A DNA stretch of 64,000 nt from the NCBI GenBank assembly GCA_963744995.1, contig CAVUWA010000002.1:864001-928000 (forward strand). The letters run 5' to 3'. This document shows positions 60,711 to 64,000 of this stretch, piece after piece. Under the pieces are notes generated by a model. It did not search any database. It saw only the letters and a list, made by a program, of their open reading frames with translations, and was not told where the DNA came from. Position 1 is the first letter of the stretch, and each line of letters starts with the position of its first letter. A program made the translations under genes and the position numbers. This stretch comes from Candidatus Eiseniibacteriota bacterium. GTDB taxonomy: Bacteria; Eisenbacteria; RBG-16-71-46.

Positions 60711-60917
60711 GATATCCCGGTCGGCGATCGTGCGCACGGCGCCGGGAGGCGCACAGGGGAGCAAGGATCGAACGCGGACGGGCACCGGGCCAACGGGCGG
60801 GCCGTCGGAGGCGGACGTGCCGCCCACGGGGAAGGTGACCACGGCAGCCCGGGCGCGGGCCGTGCCGGGGCGGCGGCGATCTCCGGCAAGCCGAGCGGCT
60901 CGCCGGGTTCCGGGCCG

Positions 60918-61082
60918 TCAGTGCGTGAGGAGGGAGCGGAGCCGCCGCTCGAGCGAAGTGTTCTCGATCAGCACCAGCGCCAGCACGGCCAGCGCGAACA
61001 CATGAACCCAGCCACCCATCGTCAGGCTGAAAGCGACTCCCAGCATCCACAGGGACGTCAGCGCCAGTTCGATCTTCCACAT
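60918..61082 (-). CDS. lmo0937-family small membrane protein, 54 aa
   Basis: MWKIELALTSLWMLGVAFSLTMGGWVHVFALAVLALVLI fits the family pattern LW.LG.....(M/L)GG..H. RBS AGGAAGGAG. Confidence 0.75.
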   Translation of the reverse strand: MWKIELALTSLWMLGVAFSLTMGGWVHVFALAVLALVLIENTSLERRLRSLLTH

Positions 61083-61155
61083 GACGAGGCTCCTTCCTGC
61101 GGGGGAGCGGGGGGCCGGCGACATGCCGGGGGCGCGCCCACCGCCATCGCCACAG

Positions 61156-61171
61156 AGCAGCGGCCGTGCCA
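61156..61171 (-). promoter_or_regulatory. Sigma54 promoter of the lmo0937-like gene
   Basis: TGGCAC-GGCCG-CTGCT (GG-N10-GC), about 75 bp upstream of the ATG. Confidence 0.65.
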
Positions 61172-61410
61172 TCGGGGGAATCCTGAGGCCAACTGACGAT
61201 TTCAGTGGGACTCCCGGGCCGCGCCCGCGACGAGCCGCCGGCCGTCAGGCACCGGCCGGAATCTTGCCGATCGGCGAAAGGCTGGCCGACGGACCTGACA
61301 CCGAACGGCGGCGTGCCACGGCGCGCGAGGCTGAAGCCGGGCAGGCGTGAAGCGGGAGCCGGCGTGAGCGGTCGGAGCTGCTCCGGTCACCTCCGCGAGC
61401 CGGCACGCGC

Positions 61411-61548
61411 TCAGCGCACGACCACGATCCGCGCGGCGCGCGCGTCGGCGCCGTGCCTCAGGCGCACGAAGTAAACGCCGGGAGTCACGCGCCGGTCGTC
61501 GGCGAGATGCAGGGTTTGACGTCCCGGCCCGAGGGACCCCACTTCGCG
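61411..61548 (-). pseudogene. Remnant of a C-terminal secretion/sorting domain (T9SS type A-like or FlgD-Ig-like)
   Basis: Translates REVGSLGPGRQTLHLADDRRVTPGVYFVRLRHGADARAARIVVVR*. The N-terminal half of the domain is missing. Confidence 0.65.
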
Positions 61549-61578
61549 GTACTCCGAGGGGGGAGTCTCGGGACGCTG

Positions 61579-62346
61579 CTACTTGGCGTTCAGATAGTGC
61601 GCGATCCAGCGCGGCAGCTCCGGTTCGGCGAATGCCGCGTCCCAGCTGTTGTGATTGGCGTCGGGGTAGAACGTGGCGCGAACATTGGTCGTGTCGAGCC
61701 CGCCGCTGCGCTTGAGCTCGCGCAGCCAGCGGACGATCTCCTGCGTCTCGTGGGGCGAAACGACGTCGTCCTTCAGGCCCTGGAAGCACCACACCGGCAC
61801 GTTGCGAATCCGCGTCGCGACGGTCTGCGCGCGGCCGTAGCCGCATACCGGCACGAGGCAGCGCCAGCGGTCCGGATACCGCGCGCCGATCATCCAGACG
61901 CCATGGCCGCCCTGCGACATGCCGACGAGCGCGACGCGAGCGGTGTCGATGCCGTAGGCGCGTGCGGCGTCGTCGAGCGCGGCGAAGGCGAGGTCCTCGT
62001 GCTCCCACCATTCCTCGTCCGCGGTGGGCTTCTGCGGGAACACCACGATGAAGGGCCAGCGCTCCGGGTGCGCCTCGAGCGCCGGGCCCAGACCGACGCG
62101 CGTGGGCTTCTCGCCGTCCGTTCCGGATTCGCCCGAGCCGTGCAGGAACAGGATCGCCGGCCGCTTCGTGCCGTCGTTCCTGTACCCCGGCGGAAGCCAC
62201 ACGGCGAAACGGTGCGCGGCCCCGTGCACGGCCACCTCGCGCTGGTCGAAGTGGCCCTTCGCGGGCGGGGGAGACGTGGCTTCCGACGAGAGCGCGAGGG
62301 TCACGATGAACAGCGGCAGCAGGGCGAACGGCGTGAGGGTCATCAT
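61579..62346 (-). CDS. Exported alpha/beta hydrolase (predicted peptidase or esterase)
   Basis: Signal peptide, FLHGSGESG, VVFPQ, GMSQGG, QGLKDDVV, NHNSW. Confidence 0.88.
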   Translation of the reverse strand: MMTLTPFALLPLFIVTLALSSEATSPPPAKGHFDQREVAVHGAAHRFAVWLPPGYRNDGTKRPAILFLHGSGESGTDGEKPTRVGLGPALEAHPERWPFIVVFPQKPTADEEWWEHEDLAFAALDDAARAYGIDTARVALVGMSQGGHGVWMIGARYPDRWRCLVPVCGYGRAQTVATRIRNVPVWCFQGLKDDVVSPHETQEIVRWLRELKRSGGLDTTNVRATFYPDANHNSWDAAFAEPELPRWIAHYLNAK

Positions 62347-62507
62347 GGGGCACACCTTTGCGCGTCGCGACGCCGAGCGCAAGCCCGGGCGCCCGCGCGC
62401 GTCCGGCCGGCCGGCGCACGGCTCGATCCGCTTGCCGCGGGTGGGAGGGCGTGCTACACGGTGGCGGTCAGAGCCGCTTGCCGTCCCGCACATGGAGGTG
62501 GGGACCG

Positions 62508-63788
62508 ATGTCCGAAGCCCGCCGGCGCAACCCCTGGCTGTGGATCCCCTCGCTGTACCTCGCGGAAGGACTTCCCTACGTCCTGGTGATGACCGTCTCG
62601 GTCATCATGTACAAGAGGTTCGGCGTCTCGAACACCGATATCGCCCTCTACACCAGCTGGCTGTACCTCCCCTGGGTGATCAAACCGTTCTGGTCCCCGG
62701 TGGTGGATCTGCTGGGGACGCGCCGGCGCTGGATCTGGGTCATGCAGCTCCTGATCGGTGGCGGACTCGCAGGCATCGCGTTCTCGGCGCCGGTATCGAA
62801 CGCCGTCCAGTGGACGCTGGCCTTCTTCTGGATGATGGCCTTCCAGTCCGCGACCCACGACATCGCCGCGGACGGTTTCTACATGCTGGCCGCCACCGAG
62901 CGCGAGCAGGCGCTGTTCGTGGGCGTACGCACCATGTTCTACCGCATCGCGATGATCGCCGGGCAGGGGCTGATCGTGGTGCTGGCCGGCACGCTCGAGA
63001 CGCGCTTCGGCGACGTGCACCACGCGTGGTCGGTCACCATGGCGGCGCTGGCGGGAGCGTTCGTGCTGTTCGGTGCGTGGCATCTGTGGGTGTTGCCGAA
63101 GCCCGATGCCGATCAGCCCGGCAACATGCGCCGCGTCGCCGAATTCATGCGCGAGTTCGTCGCGACCTTCGGCTCGTTCTTCCGCAAGCCGAAGATCGCC
63201 GCGCTGCTCGGCTTCCTGCTGCTCTACCGCCTCGGCGAAGCTCAGCTCGTAAAGCTCGCCACGCCGTTCATGCTGGATCCGCCCGCTCAGGGCGGGCTCG
63301 GACTCACGACCACGCAGGTCGGCTGGCTGTACGGCACCGTCGGTATCGTCGCGCTCACGATCGGCGGCGTGCTCGGCGGCTGGGTCGCCTCGCGCCACGG
63401 GCTCAAGGCGTGGCTCTGGCCGATGATGATCGCGATCCAGCTGCCCGACGCCGTGTACATCTTCCTGGCGCACATGCAGCCGACGAGCCTGTGGATCATC
63501 CAGACCTGCGTGGTGATCGAGCAGTTCGGGTATGGCTTCGGCTTCACCGCCTACGTGCTCTACATGATCTACATCGCACGTGGCCGGCACCAGACGGCGC
63601 ACTATGCGATCTGCACCGGCTTCATGGCGCTCGGGATGATGATCCCCGGCATGTGGAGCGGCTGGCTCGAGGACCACGTCGGCTACGCGACGTTCTTCAC
63701 CTGGGTCCTGATCGCGACGATCCCCAGCTTCCTGATCGCGGCGCGCATCCCTCTCGAGCGGGACTTCGGGAGGAAGGCGGAGGGCTGA
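62508..63788 (+). CDS. AmpG-like MFS transporter
   Basis: LYLAEGLPY, LPWVIKPFWSP, SATHDIAADGFY. RBS GGAGG. Confidence 0.88.
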   Translation: MSEARRRNPWLWIPSLYLAEGLPYVLVMTVSVIMYKRFGVSNTDIALYTSWLYLPWVIKPFWSPVVDLLGTRRRWIWVMQLLIGGGLAGIAFSAPVSNAVQWTLAFFWMMAFQSATHDIAADGFYMLAATEREQALFVGVRTMFYRIAMIAGQGLIVVLAGTLETRFGDVHHAWSVTMAALAGAFVLFGAWHLWVLPKPDADQPGNMRRVAEFMREFVATFGSFFRKPKIAALLGFLLLYRLGEAQLVKLATPFMLDPPAQGGLGLTTTQVGWLYGTVGIVALTIGGVLGGWVASRHGLKAWLWPMMIAIQLPDAVYIFLAHMQPTSLWIIQTCVVIEQFGYGFGFTAYVLYMIYIARGRHQTAHYAICTGFMALGMMIPGMWSGWLEDHVGYATFFTWVLIATIPSFLIAARIPLERDFGRKAEG

Positions 63789-63943
63789 GCGGGCGGCGGC
63801 CACCGGACGGAGCGCGCGTGTTCCACCGCTCATCCGCCGCCTTCGCGTGGCGGTGGAGTCCGAGCAAAGGATTTCTGTCCCGACCTCGCATGGTTCGGTA
63901 GGATCTCAGCGACGAGCTGATTCCTCCAGCCCAGGGAGCCCTC

Positions 63944-64000
63944 ATGCCGCGCTGGCCGATTCTTTCGATCGCCGCCCTCGTCTTTGCGGCCCCTGCAGCA
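63944..64000 (+). CDS. 5' end of an exported protein (partial, runs off the window)
   Basis: AGGGAG RBS, then MPRWPILSIAALVFAAPAA signal peptide. Confidence 0.55.
   Translation, partial: MPRWPILSIAALVFAAPAA

Noticed and set aside
61253..61268. Plus-strand GG-N10-GC element (CGGCCGGAATCTTGCC) as a sigma54 promoter
   Set aside because: There is no plausible plus-strand gene downstream for over 1.2 kb, and the -24 match is weak.

Overview
This 64 kb window is very GC-rich bacterial DNA with about 60 densely packed genes. I saw no rRNA, tRNA, CRISPR array or recognisable mobile element. A TonB-dependent receptor and beta-barrel-like genes indicate a diderm. A C-terminal sorting-domain remnant resembles those I associate with Ca. 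Eisenbacteria/FCB-related genomes (inference only). Left to right: ABM protein and orphan 2-oxoacid dehydrogenase E1-beta; a DtxR/MntR-boxed manganese operon (decayed outer-membrane channel gene, mntR, mntH fused to USP); hydrolase and CDF exporter; a cell-envelope modification trio; MFS, XRE-cupin, TonB receptor and a heterodimeric ABC exporter; D-2-hydroxyacid dehydrogenase, mobA, lysA; a tandem XRE-cupin pair divergent from a 15.8 kb etfBA-nuoABCDEFGH-JKLMN operon that lacks nuoI; lipoprotein msrA; moeA and moaC; an apparently dead amidohydrolase fragment; a sensor-less sigma54 activator, AlaX, HEAT-repeat and HD-GYP run; a degenerate DEAD-box helicase; UbiB kinase, acyltransferase, deacetylase, class V aminotransferase and mutM; a decayed accessory patch (orphan Tae4-like amidase, frameshifted cNMP-histidine kinase, lmo0937-like peptide, sorting-domain remnant); an esterase and an AmpG-like MFS. 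The best leads are the ETF-linked complex I operon without nuoI, the HEAT/HD-GYP pair that share an unnamed N-terminal domain, the orphan Tae4-like amidase, and a palindromic bidirectional sigma54-type promoter. All calls come from reading motifs by eye; no database searches were run. Many start codons were moved from the ORF track using RBS and overlap evidence.
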